Below are positions 19,715 to 28,610 of a stretch of 64,000 nucleotides of DNA, one piece after another. Each line of letters begins with the position of its first letter. The first letter of the stretch is position 1. The stretch is taken from the sequence record PZ534511.1; one strand, given 5' to 3'. This DNA comes from a phage. Made by a program: the position numbers and the translations under genes. A model generated the notes under the pieces. The model had not been told where the DNA came from. It ran no database searches and worked only from the letters and a program-made list of their open reading frames with translations.

Positions 19715-19996
19715 ATGAAAAAGGTTAACAGTGGTGAAGTTGAGTTTAAACTTGTCGGGAAAGGCACTTACTGGGAAGTTCGTCAAAAGGTATATTTGTT
19801 CGGTCTTATTCCCTATTGGTCTAAATTCTACTGGGGAGCTAACGAGTTGGGAAGATACGCCACCAAATCAATGGCACTTATTGGTATAGCAGAGTACATT
19901 GCAGCCAGAGATAGGGTTGGAGACACTTATTACTATACTGCGGACGATATTCGTAACAGTGTTTACGTCCCACAACCACCTGATGGAGACCGTTGA
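19715..19996 (+). CDS. hypothetical protein
   Basis: ATG with GGAG RBS. Confidence 0.45.
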   Translation: MKKVNSGEVEFKLVGKGTYWEVRQKVYLFGLIPYWSKFYWGANELGRYATKSMALIGIAEYIAARDRVGDTYYYTADDIRNSVYVPQPPDGDR

Positions 19997-20220
19997 TGAA
20001 AGTTAAAGTTTTAGATTCAAGCTTCTATATTGGTCAAGAGCCTTTGGTTGGAAAAGTGTTTACCGCTGTTCCTAATAAAGATTACCCTGACCTTTTAAAA
20101 ATAAAAGGGTCAGCTCTTATTGCCGCTGGCGCATCTCAGGAATGCTTTGACAGTCAGTGGACCTACAACTTTGCCCTAGGAGAGGATGTGGAGATAGTGG
20201 AGGACGATCATGAAGGTTAA
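19993..20220 (+). CDS. small protein, MKVK...VEIVE paralog family
   Basis: MKVKVLDSSFYIGQ...GSALIAAGA...DVEIVED. Confidence 0.5.
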   Translation: MMKVKVLDSSFYIGQEPLVGKVFTAVPNKDYPDLLKIKGSALIAAGASQECFDSQWTYNFALGEDVEIVEDDHEG

Positions 20221-20464
20221 AATTCTTGACTCTAACGTCTACTTGGGACAATCCTTCCTGAAAGGAAAGGTCGTACCTGCGGCATACTTCGAATGGTTGC
20301 CTGACAACGATCCTGTGCGTCAGAAGCATTCCACTGTATCACACTGTGTGGTATTTATTCGCGGGTCAGATCTGATCAAAGCTGGTGTCCCCAAGTATTA
20401 CTTTGAGGAAGAACATTACTATGCCTTCGGTGTAGGAACAGATGTAGAGATTGTAGAGCGGTAG
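20210..20464 (+). CDS. small protein, MKVK...VEIVE paralog family
   Basis: MKVKILDSNVYLGQ...GSDLIKAG...DVEIVER. Confidence 0.5.
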   Translation: MKVKILDSNVYLGQSFLKGKVVPAAYFEWLPDNDPVRQKHSTVSHCVVFIRGSDLIKAGVPKYYFEEEHYYAFGVGTDVEIVER

Positions 20465-20465
20465 T

Positions 20466-20864
20466 ATGAAGAACAAGCTTTTCAAAGTAACAATGAAAAT
20501 TCGCGGAGCTTGGAGCGTAAAGCAAGGACGTATTCCAGAATTTGAGAAAGACTTCTACGTAGTCTCCACCTCGGAGGAGGCTGCATGCTGGCAGGCTGGC
20601 TATGCCTATGCAAGAACATGGTACGAAGGGTACCAGACTGGTGGCTATGACGGAGAAATTATCAGCAAAGGTGCAGAAGAAATTAATGTGTTGACAAGTG
20701 AAAAAGTTTTTGTTATAGTGCATCCAGATTCCAGAGTGAAGCATTACTGGAATGCCAGAACAAAAACTTGGACACCGTTTGCAGATTCTGCTACACCACT
20801 TTTAAACCAAAAAGCTCTTGACTCTGCCCCGAGCTATGGGGTTGTTGAAGAAAAGCTAAACTGA
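20466..20864 (+). CDS. hypothetical protein (paralog of 22676-23071)
   Basis: shared HP.S...YW......WTP...T.L pattern. Confidence 0.5.
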   Translation: MKNKLFKVTMKIRGAWSVKQGRIPEFEKDFYVVSTSEEAACWQAGYAYARTWYEGYQTGGYDGEIISKGAEEINVLTSEKVFVIVHPDSRVKHYWNARTKTWTPFADSATPLLNQKALDSAPSYGVVEEKLN

Positions 20865-20881
20865 AACAGTGAGGTGCCACT

Positions 20882-21172
20882 ATGATGGATTTAGTTCTGA
20901 ATATTGATAACGCAGGAGAGGTTAAAGACGATGGTGTAACAAGCATGTACCAACCATGCCCTGCCAAGATTGACTCAAAATGGACCTATAAGTTTGACGG
21001 AGAGATCTTTGCAAATGATGAAAAGGTTGTAGATGCTGCAGCCATTTTGAACGCTCTAGGGTACGACCCTGTGAATTCTTTGATCAAGGATCCTGTTGAG
21101 TTTGCAGAGTATGTTCGAAAAATGGCAGATCTTGCTGTAGATATTTTAGATACTATCGACAACAAGCTGTAA
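20882..21172 (+). CDS. hypothetical protein
   Basis: ORF with GAGGTG RBS. Confidence 0.45.
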   Translation: MMDLVLNIDNAGEVKDDGVTSMYQPCPAKIDSKWTYKFDGEIFANDEKVVDAAAILNALGYDPVNSLIKDPVEFAEYVRKMADLAVDILDTIDNKL

Positions 21173-21178
21173 AAACTG

Positions 21179-21207
21179 TTGACACAACGCTTCAGCTATA
21201 GTATTAT
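21179..21207 (+). promoter_or_regulatory. sigma70-like promoter (TTGACA-17-TATTAT) upstream of hpf
   Basis: -35/-10 hexamers. Confidence 0.55.
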
Positions 21208-21259
21208 TGTTTTCAAAGAGAGATGGTTGTTATTCTCCCTTCCTTGAGAGGAGCACGTT

Positions 21260-21577
21260 ATGCAAATTGAGATCACTGGCAACGTAGAAATCACCGAAGG
21301 TATGGTGTCTTTCATTTCCCACAAAATGTCAAAACTGGAGCGTCTACATCCTTCTGTAAATCATGCACGTGTAAGTGTAAAAGTTGAAAATGATCACCAG
21401 GAAGTTATGGCGTTCATTTTTGACACTTCTGGAAAAGAAGTTATTGCCAAAGCTAAAGGCAGTGATGCTTACGAGGCAACTGACCGTATGGTAGATGTTG
21501 CAGCACGTCAGCTGGCTAAATGTGGTGGAAAGAAAGGTAAAGGGAAAGGAAAAGTAAAGATTGACTTTGGAGAATGA
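21260..21577 (+). CDS. hpf: ribosome hibernation promoting factor / RaiA family protein
   Basis: MQIEITGNVEITEG...KLE...VSVKVEN...GSDAYEATDRMVDVAARQLAK closely parallels E. coli HPF (MQLNITGNNVEITEA...DMYAAIDGLIDKLARQLTK), recalled from memory. Confidence 0.8.
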   Translation: MQIEITGNVEITEGMVSFISHKMSKLERLHPSVNHARVSVKVENDHQEVMAFIFDTSGKEVIAKAKGSDAYEATDRMVDVAARQLAKCGGKKGKGKGKVKIDFGE

Positions 21578-21586
21578 GGTGCTACA

Positions 21587-21688
21587 ATGGGCGTGATTAA
21601 GAAATTAGTCCCAAGTGTAGAGATTGCATGCTTTGAAATTATGTTTGCAATCGCAGTTGTAGTTAATGTGTTAGGTTACGGCTATTGA
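21587..21688 (+). CDS. 33-aa hydrophobic micro-protein (below ORF-track cut-off)
   Basis: GAGGTG RBS; single TM-like stretch. Confidence 0.3.
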   Translation: MGVIKKLVPSVEIACFEIMFAIAVVVNVLGYGY

Positions 21689-21714
21689 TATCAAATAATT
21701 GAGGAGACCTCTAA

Positions 21715-21984
21715 ATGAAAATTAAATTATTCAAAACTGAGCTGGCAGACAAAAACTGTGGACTGGTTGAAGGCATGATTGTTGAAGCACAACCAGTGGA
21801 CTACATGAAGGTGGTTCGTGATGCCTTGGGTGAAGGTTTTGATCTGATGGAGCCAGCTCTGCGAGAAGATGTCATCGAGATGGCTAAAAAGCACACACCT
21901 GAAGGTCTGGTGGTGTTTGTTGCACCGGGTAACGGAGAAGAGTTGATTGTAACTCCGGATGTGTATGAGATTGTAGAGGAATAA
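21715..21984 (+). CDS. small protein, MKVK...VEIVE paralog family
   Basis: MKIKLFK...ends VYEIVEE. Confidence 0.5.
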   Translation: MKIKLFKTELADKNCGLVEGMIVEAQPVDYMKVVRDALGEGFDLMEPALREDVIEMAKKHTPEGLVVFVAPGNGEELIVTPDVYEIVEE

Positions 21985-22075
21985 TCCTGCTTGGATTAGC
22001 ATACTTCCTCGATAAGGAAGGTTTGTAATTATTTGTGGGAAAGGAATCCCAATCTCTTACCAGAGGTGATACTAT

Positions 22076-22339
22076 ATGATTGTTTATTTTAAAACTTCAG
22101 GTGGATACCCTGATTCTCAAAGCTTGATCGGAAAAACGTGCACAGCATACTCACCTCTTGATGAGGAGGTAGGCGATATTCTACGGAATATGTATCGGAT
22201 TGATCCTCAAGAAGCTTTTGATCAAAACCTTGTATTTGTCAAGGGCTCAGACATGAAGTCTTTGGGAGCATTCCCTGAAGCAGATGATGATGCCGTTTAT
22301 TCGTTCATGACCCCTTTTGAAGCTATGGTTGTTGGGTGA
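22076..22339 (+). CDS. small protein, probable divergent family member
   Basis: similar size, ...VFVKGSDMKSLGA... core. Confidence 0.45.
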   Translation: MIVYFKTSGGYPDSQSLIGKTCTAYSPLDEEVGDILRNMYRIDPQEAFDQNLVFVKGSDMKSLGAFPEADDDAVYSFMTPFEAMVVG

Positions 22340-22346
22340 TAATATG

Positions 22347-22676
22347 AAAGTACGCTTTATTGGTGAAACAATTCCTGTGCATCTCCGGTCGCCTGAGGAT
22401 TCTGCAGATCTTGCATCTCAAAAGGCGAGAGGTTATGATAAGAAAGTAACCTCAACTGATGTAGTGCTTGAGGCTACTAGTCTACCTGACCCTGCTGCAT
22501 TCTTTAATCATTATGGGTACTATTTCAGCAATCTGATGAATATCGGTGAGCTTGTGTTTATTAGTGGTGGAGAGATTGTTAGCAAGCTTGGCGGCGATCC
22601 GGATGTCTTTCATGAAACCTGTCCTTTTGCATTTGTGGTAGGTTCAGATGTGGAAGTTATTGAGGAGGTGCGGTAA
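22347..22676 (+). CDS. small protein, MKVK...VEIVE paralog family
   Basis: MKVRFIGE...ends DVEVIEEVR. Confidence 0.5.
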   Translation, partial: KVRFIGETIPVHLRSPEDSADLASQKARGYDKKVTSTDVVLEATSLPDPAAFFNHYGYYFSNLMNIGELVFISGGEIVSKLGGDPDVFHETCPFAFVVGSDVEVIEEVR

Positions 22677-23071
22677 TGGTAAGCCTATACCGTGTTGAGT
22701 ATAGCTCAGATACTGTATACAACGTAAGAAGCAAAGATCGCAGCGACAGAGTGCAAGAAATGTATGTTCTTGCCGACAGTCCGTTATCTGCAGCGTTCAA
22801 GGCAGGGGCTCTTGCATCTCGTTGGAAATTTGAAGGCGGATCTTTCTATGAAGAAACCCTTGAAGATTCTGTTGTTATTTCTTCTGTAGAGGTTTCAGAT
22901 GACTACGAAGGGAAAAAGTTCGTAATGCGGCACCCACACAGCAACATTGCGTACTACTGGGATGTTCTGAACAACGAGTGGACCCCAGATCTTCAGAAGG
23001 CTACTGTGCTAACACCGTTTTTGGCAGATAAGTTCCCACCAGAAGGTAATTTATCCGCACTGTTTCAGTAA
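22676..23071 (+). CDS. hypothetical protein (paralog of 20466-20864)
   Basis: shared RHPHS..AYYWD....EWTP...ATVLTPF pattern. Confidence 0.5.
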   Translation: MVSLYRVEYSSDTVYNVRSKDRSDRVQEMYVLADSPLSAAFKAGALASRWKFEGGSFYEETLEDSVVISSVEVSDDYEGKKFVMRHPHSNIAYYWDVLNNEWTPDLQKATVLTPFLADKFPPEGNLSALFQ

Positions 23072-23089
23072 TTTTCTTGCACACAGGTG

Positions 23090-23118
23090 TTGACAACGCC
23101 AACCCTGTGTGAAATAAT
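23090..23118 (+). promoter_or_regulatory. sigma70-like promoter (TTGACA + AATAAT-type -10)
   Basis: consensus -35; A/T-rich -10 at about 17 nt. Confidence 0.45.
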
Positions 23119-23150
23119 ACCTTCATCTTAACAAGACAGGAGACCGATTG

Positions 23151-23408
23151 ATGAAGATTAAATTGAAAAACCTTGAAACGGCAGAGATTCAGGACGGTGT
23201 TGATTTCCGTTCTAAAGATGGTGACATCTTAGAGGTAAATATTCCAACCTACGAGCTGATTAAAGGTTTTGGCAACGTTCCGGAAGAGGATATTACAGAA
23301 ATTCTTATGATGTTGATTCTTGACGGAACTGTGTTTGTAGGTGAAGGTGAGAACGCTATTGCAATCCCAGGCCATTTTTATGAAGTAGTTGACGAAGAGG
23401 TGCTGTAA
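23151..23408 (+). CDS. small protein, MKVK...VEIVE paralog family
   Basis: MKIKLKNL...ends YEVVDEEVL. Confidence 0.5.
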   Translation: MKIKLKNLETAEIQDGVDFRSKDGDILEVNIPTYELIKGFGNVPEEDITEILMMLILDGTVFVGEGENAIAIPGHFYEVVDEEVL

Positions 23409-23759
23409 ATGAAAGTAGAAATTACCGGTTTTGATGTGAATGTGGTTCCGGAAGATATTTTAGCTAAACTTCCAGAAGGTTTTGGTAACGGCGTTGTGGT
23501 GGATGCTGTTCCTCCTACCAAAGACATTCTGCTGCAGTATGGTGTAGCAGAGGAAGATGTCGATAAAGTTCTTACAATGATGGCAATCGATCGTGTTGTC
23601 GTTGTTAAAGGTCTCGATAATTTTGAGAGTGATCCCCTGATTATTCGTGGAGATGACTACAAAATCATCGATAATGAAGGCCAAGAGTTCTATGAACCTT
23701 GTGCAGAAGATATTCTTAACTTATTACTGGAAGCAGGCACCGAAGAGGAGGACGAATAA
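23409..23759 (+). CDS. small acidic protein, family-like
   Basis: MKVEITG... acidic C-terminus. Confidence 0.5.
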   Translation: MKVEITGFDVNVVPEDILAKLPEGFGNGVVVDAVPPTKDILLQYGVAEEDVDKVLTMMAIDRVVVVKGLDNFESDPLIIRGDDYKIIDNEGQEFYEPCAEDILNLLLEAGTEEEDE

Positions 23760-24088
23760 TGAAGATTGACCCGTTACTGAAGGCTCGTGCAGAAAAAGCG
23801 TACACTATTAAGCTGACTAATCTGGTTCCTACTTGTCATCCGGATGTAGGTTGGCCCGAAGGTTTGGTGGAGGGAACTGTAACAGCTGCATACCTTCCTA
23901 ACATCAAATACCTCATGGAGATCTTAGAGATGGATGAGGAAACTGCAGAACAGTTCCAGTTGGATATGAAACAAAGTGGGACTCTGGTTATTCACGGGTG
24001 GTACAATACTAAAGATGCAGAAGACCCTCTGGTAACTTCTAATCTAGCATATGAAATCTTAGGACCTTTGAACCTGGAGAAAGACTAA
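23759..24088 (+). CDS. hypothetical small protein
   Basis: ORF translationally coupled to neighbours. Confidence 0.45.
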   Translation: MKIDPLLKARAEKAYTIKLTNLVPTCHPDVGWPEGLVEGTVTAAYLPNIKYLMEILEMDEETAEQFQLDMKQSGTLVIHGWYNTKDAEDPLVTSNLAYEILGPLNLEKD

Positions 24089-24375
24089 TGAAAGATCTGG
24101 TTAAGATTAAGATTAAAGATACCAATGGAGAACTCAGTCATTTTGGAATTAATGATGGTGACGAGCTGATCGCACACCTGCCTACCAAGGAAGTTGTAAG
24201 CAAAGCAGTTGCCGGAGAAGAAGATGCAATGCAGGCTGCAGGTGTGGATGAAAACTATGTAGCCATGTGCATGTGCCGAGATCAGGTTGTTCTGTATAAA
24301 GCGTATCGACCAAACGGAGCCACGGAGTGGCTTGTATTTCGACCTGAAGGATATGAAATCTTAGAGGCACTATGA
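24088..24375 (+). CDS. hypothetical small protein
   Basis: ORF; ends GYEILEAL. Confidence 0.45.
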   Translation: MKDLVKIKIKDTNGELSHFGINDGDELIAHLPTKEVVSKAVAGEEDAMQAAGVDENYVAMCMCRDQVVLYKAYRPNGATEWLVFRPEGYEILEAL

Positions 24376-24464
24376 TAAATCTTGCCAAGGTTGCAATGGT
24401 CCTGCTAATTATTTGCTGGTCAGTAACCTTAACACTGTGTCTTGTATTTCAGTGAGGTGCTTGT

Positions 24465-24728
24465 ATGAACATCCTGATGTGGGTTATAGCAGTGGCGTTT
24501 GTTGCATGTTTTTGCTGCTGGGTTGCGGTGAGGATTTCTGTAGCTACCCTTCGGAAGTTGGGGTTCTCAGAATGGGATATTAATATCCTTTCTTTTCGCA
24601 ATGAAACAATCTCAGCCGCCCTGCTTTGTAAGAAATTCAAGTGGGAACCTTGTGAGGTCATGAGCTATCTAAGAACAGGCGATATCCCTGAAAGATTTAA
24701 AAAAGTTCTTGACGGCAAGGATAAATGA
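24465..24728 (+). CDS. small membrane protein
   Basis: hydrophobic N-terminus MNILMWVIAVAFVACFCCWVAV. Confidence 0.45.
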   Translation: MNILMWVIAVAFVACFCCWVAVRISVATLRKLGFSEWDINILSFRNETISAALLCKKFKWEPCEVMSYLRTGDIPERFKKVLDGKDK

Positions 24729-24883
24729 CAGTATAGTGACTAACAAGAGGTGAGGAGTGACTGATTTTACTGAAGCTTTAATGATGGCCTTGTCTGTTTT
24801 AGCGCTATCGGTGTGTTTTGGGGCGTTATTCACATCTCTGGTTAAAGTTTTACATACAGTATTATTACCCAAGGAGCGCAGTA

Positions 24884-25135
24884 ATGACGAAGATTGACTT
24901 GAATGCTGGCGACCATGTTGTTGTCAAATGCATCGGAGATTATCTTGGATTCACAATCGGCAATACTTACGAGGCGGTAGTGGCGAAGGTTTATCATGAT
25001 AAAGTCCTCAGTCTTGTATTTGACTGCGATGATGATGGAGATGACCGATACGTCTGTGAGGTGCTGGCACGAGACGACAGTGAAGACCAGAAATTCCTGG
25101 TTATTGAACTAAACGGTATTTTTGTAGAACGTTAA
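24884..25135 (+). CDS. hypothetical protein
   Basis: ATG with AAGGAG RBS. Confidence 0.4.
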   Translation: MTKIDLNAGDHVVVKCIGDYLGFTIGNTYEAVVAKVYHDKVLSLVFDCDDDGDDRYVCEVLARDDSEDQKFLVIELNGIFVER

Positions 25136-25163
25136 TTTAAAACAACATAAGGAGACTCTTACT

Positions 25164-25469
25164 ATGGCTAAATCTAAAGTTGAACTGTTCACCTCTCTTC
25201 CTTCTGACACTGCAGAGCGTGATCGCCTTCGCAAAACAATCGAAGAACTGGTGGAACTCCAACTTCAGATTAAAGATCTGAAAGATGCCATCAAGGATAT
25301 CATTCTCGTTGAGAAGCAGGATCACCTGTATTCTCCTAAATTCATCAAATCTCTGGTGGCTACCGAGTTCGATATTCGCTATGAGGCTGAAAAACGTCGA
25401 GCTAAAATCGAAGAAGAGGTTGAGCACATGTCCGAGGCAGACATTCTGTTCAAACGCTCTGTAGAATAA
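25164..25469 (+). CDS. hypothetical protein
   Basis: ORF with AAGGAG RBS. Confidence 0.45.
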   Translation: MAKSKVELFTSLPSDTAERDRLRKTIEELVELQLQIKDLKDAIKDIILVEKQDHLYSPKFIKSLVATEFDIRYEAEKRRAKIEEEVEHMSEADILFKRSVE

Positions 25470-25478
25470 TGACAAAAA

Positions 25479-25501
25479 GAGGGGCTTGGACCCCTCTTTT
25501 T
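25479..25501 (+). terminator. rho-independent terminator
   Basis: GAGGGGC-uugga-CCCCUC hairpin followed by UUUUU. Confidence 0.7.
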
Positions 25502-25524
25502 ACTATCTATGAAGGAGATTTGAG

Positions 25525-25851
25525 ATGGGTATACCTATCACTGTAAAAGAATTGAATGAACGTGATGCAGGTGGTCTATGGCCTGCACGAAAAATCCGCT
25601 GCGTCTATATGAAAGAGAATCTTGAACATCTTGATCAACAGATAAAGGTCGGCGATATTTTCGAGGTCTTCTATTCCAATCGGCGCAACTGGGAAACCAT
25701 TCAACCCTCCGGTTTTGTTCTTGCTAAGCTCGACACTGGAGAAGTGATTATCCCAGGGTTGGATATTGTCTTCGAAATTATCCAGGAGTGGGATCCGGAT
25801 AAGATTAGATACGAAGAGTTATTCGGTAAAGGTATTATCAAACCTGTGTGA
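25525..25851 (+). CDS. hypothetical protein
   Basis: ORF with AAGGAG RBS. Confidence 0.45.
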   Translation: MGIPITVKELNERDAGGLWPARKIRCVYMKENLEHLDQQIKVGDIFEVFYSNRRNWETIQPSGFVLAKLDTGEVIIPGLDIVFEIIQEWDPDKIRYEELFGKGIIKPV

Positions 25852-26159
25852 GGTGGATTATGTCTACAAAGGCGGCTAAATACTCTTACATGCCATCAAC
25901 CTCTGCAGAGGTAGACTTTAGTTTCGATGTGTTTCCACTGTTTGAGGTGGTTCTGGCATACCCAACAATACTATCTACTCCTGAATCACTTGTGCCTGTT
26001 AAGTTGCAGAACGCTATGCATTCTATGCACTACAACAATAAATGTAGGCACAGATGGTGTCAGGACGAGGAAAAAGATTTGGATAGTTTGAGAGATTTTG
26101 ACAGTCACCTTTTGACACCTTTCAGCTACTCCAACCTTGATAAGCCCTCATGGGTATAG
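25848..26159 (+). CDS. hypothetical protein
   Basis: ORF. Confidence 0.4.
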   Translation: MRWIMSTKAAKYSYMPSTSAEVDFSFDVFPLFEVVLAYPTILSTPESLVPVKLQNAMHSMHYNNKCRHRWCQDEEKDLDSLRDFDSHLLTPFSYSNLDKPSWV

Positions 26160-26183
26160 CAAAATATCAAATTTAAGACACCT

Positions 26184-26210
26184 AGGACGCTCTGTGGCGT
26201 CCTTTTCTTT
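26184..26210 (+). terminator. rho-independent terminator
   Basis: AGGACGC-ucugu-GGCGUCCU hairpin followed by UUUCUUU. Confidence 0.65.
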
Positions 26211-26372
26211 ATCTGGTGCACGATTGCATACCTTGGACAGATAATCTCGTTACAGAGCGTTTAAGAGCTTCCTACAAACAAATCTCTCTTTCGAGCGTAG
26301 CGAGAACGCACGTCCGTTTTGACCCAAATCACCATACGCTCGGATTTTAACCAAACCCTCGCGGCGTTTCTG

Positions 26373-26401
26373 TTGACACATTACCGATCCAGTGATAGTA
26401 T
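26373..26401 (+). promoter_or_regulatory. sigma70-like promoter (TTGACA-17-TAGTAT)
   Basis: -35/-10 hexamers. Confidence 0.5.
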
Positions 26402-26421
26402 CCACACATAGTTTGTAGAAT

Positions 26422-26523
26422 ATGGAGTACACAATGAGAACATTGTCCGAAGTTTTAGTGGTGATCCTGATGATCATTACGTCCATAGCGGCTGTTGCCG
26501 GAATACTCACGGGTGGAACATGA
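26422..26523 (+). CDS. 33-aa hydrophobic micro-protein (below ORF-track cut-off)
   Basis: single TM-like stretch; stop overlaps next ATG. Confidence 0.3.
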   Translation: MEYTMRTLSEVLVVILMIITSIAAVAGILTGGT

Positions 26524-26732
26524 TCAACACACATGCATCTGAAGAGACATCCGAAGGAGTGACCATATGTCCCTTGGATGAGCCAGTTAAAGAGGAAAAC
26601 TTAGATTCTGAGGACTCTTCATCTTCGTCCCAGACAGATCCTGAGGCTGATGACCTGACGTGGGAGGACATCGTAGATATCTGGTTCTCTATTATGCCTG
26701 AGCACGAAGAGTTCAGAGGTGGTAGACTATGA
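26520..26732 (+). CDS. hypothetical acidic protein
   Basis: ORF; Ser/Asp/Glu-rich. Confidence 0.4.
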   Translation: MINTHASEETSEGVTICPLDEPVKEENLDSEDSSSSSQTDPEADDLTWEDIVDIWFSIMPEHEEFRGGRL

Positions 26733-26771
26733 AGCACCGAGCCCACACAGGTTCCTCATGCTAAAGCATGG

Positions 26772-27982
26772 CCTGAAGAGGCAAACGTGTATAATTCTTG
26801 TGCATTGGAACGTATAAAACCCTGTTCACACTCTCATTCCCAGAGGAGATTTTATGAAGATAGAAATATTTGGTGGGGCTGACAACACTCGTGGCCTGAT
26901 TTACCTTGAATTCGATGAATCATACCTGCCAGAGGTGTTAAATATAGACTCTGTTGCTGAGGCTTTGGGAGTAAACCCTAAAGAACTCCACTCTTGTGCT
27001 GAGATCGATGGTTGGGAAGAGACCATGAATATTGATTTCAGTGAAGTAGAGGATGAACCGCTGGACTGACACACAATTAGCTGCCCGGCTAAAGTGCTGG
27101 AAGCACCTATAACACATCTTTCAACTAAATTTCCTACCACCACAATCACTTACCTCCCACACATGACTGTTTGCTTGTTTAGTGAGCAGTCATGCCTTGA
27201 CATTCTTGCCTATCCTGATAAAATTAAGTTCTTCTCTTTTCTTTTACCGAGTAATTCGGGTTTTCTGTTCTCTTCGGTTTGAAGGGGTATGGAGATACAC
27301 CTGAGTGAACAGGGTGAACAACCGAACCATTGGCTATGGCATTAGCATGGCGAAGCGGACGGGTGACGAAAGAGTGGCCGGAGGACACCAGTCACTGCCA
27401 TATGATATATGGGTGATAACCTGAAGAGTCTGAATAAGTGTTTAAGTACCAGTCAGAGGAAAAGGTGAATGGTAGCCGAAGGGGGAGGGGGGTTTCTTGT
27501 ATCTTTAATTTGTATATTATGTATACACTTGTAAACCAATCTCATCTGAATCTGTTTACCACACAAGGCGGATAGAGACAAATATTACCTATTAAACTTG
27601 AATTATTTATAGAAAATACCACAACACCACTTAAGTCTTTGATTTTACACACAAATCTTACAGATATTCAGCCTCCCTATTTAACATACCTGTAACATAT
27701 TCCATACTCTACCTGTCTGATCAATTTACTCCCACCACATCCCCACATTTTCCTTGTCTGTACTACCCCTGCCCCGCCGGGAGTCCCGTCATATCTGGCT
27801 TTCCAGCAAATATCACACCCACAAATATCATTGCCTGAAGAGGGTTTCATCCCATAACACATGCCTTACCTGAAGAGCGCTTCATACACCACGTAAATTT
27901 TTTAATTGACCTCCCCTTCCCCGCCGGAGAGGTTGGCTTTTCCCACACAGACCTGAAGAGTCAGCCAGAAATATCTGAAGAG
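26772..27982. repeat. six dispersed copies of 9-mer CCTGAAGAG (one TCTGAAGAG)
   Basis: copies at 26772, 27420, 27834, 27869, 27952, 27974 on the same strand. Confidence 0.6.
26854..27069 (+). CDS. hypothetical acidic protein
   Basis: ORF with GGAG RBS. Confidence 0.45.
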   Translation: MKIEIFGGADNTRGLIYLEFDESYLPEVLNIDSVAEALGVNPKELHSCAEIDGWEETMNIDFSEVEDEPLD

Positions 27983-28610
27983 GGTCTAGTTCTGCCCTGT
28001 CATGAGCGGTAGCGACTGGAGTGCTGCCAGGCGGACGAAATGGGAATACTTCTCATTCTTATAATAATTCTCAAATATCGAGGCAGTGAGGCAAATTAAT
28101 AGGTGAGGCCGTTCACACAGTGGCACAACATTTGCAACCTATCTTGTGGGGGTGAATGAGAATACCTATCATTGTGAGAATAGTTATCATTACGGGCAAT
28201 TTAACATAATACCCATTATGCGCACCACTGGCGATACATACAGGGATTGATAACATGAGTTACAGTTTACGCATATAACAATCATATTTCTTACTATTTG
28301 TGTGGGATATAGTTAGCAGCCAATAGATTAGATATTGACCTGCAGACTTCCAACCGTCTAGACGTCTAAACGCCCACACAACAAGGATTATACATACATC
28401 GCTGAATGTAAACAGGGCCGCAAAAATGCTACCATACCAGTTTGTAAATTTTTCATGCAGCACTTGACAAAGAGGAGAAAAACTTGTCTGACACACCGGA
28501 CACAATATGGCACAATAACGACTGTTATTATTTCATGTTTCACTGTTCACGTATAGATTGTTCCCGCATAGACTGTTTACACCTTGACAGTTTACACAGA
28601 TATGATAAGC

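Noticed and set aside
27420-27982. Hammerhead ribozymes at the CUGAAGAG repeats
   Set aside because: The CUGA.GA half-core is present, but I could not find appropriately placed GAAA and flanking helices; left as unassigned repeats.
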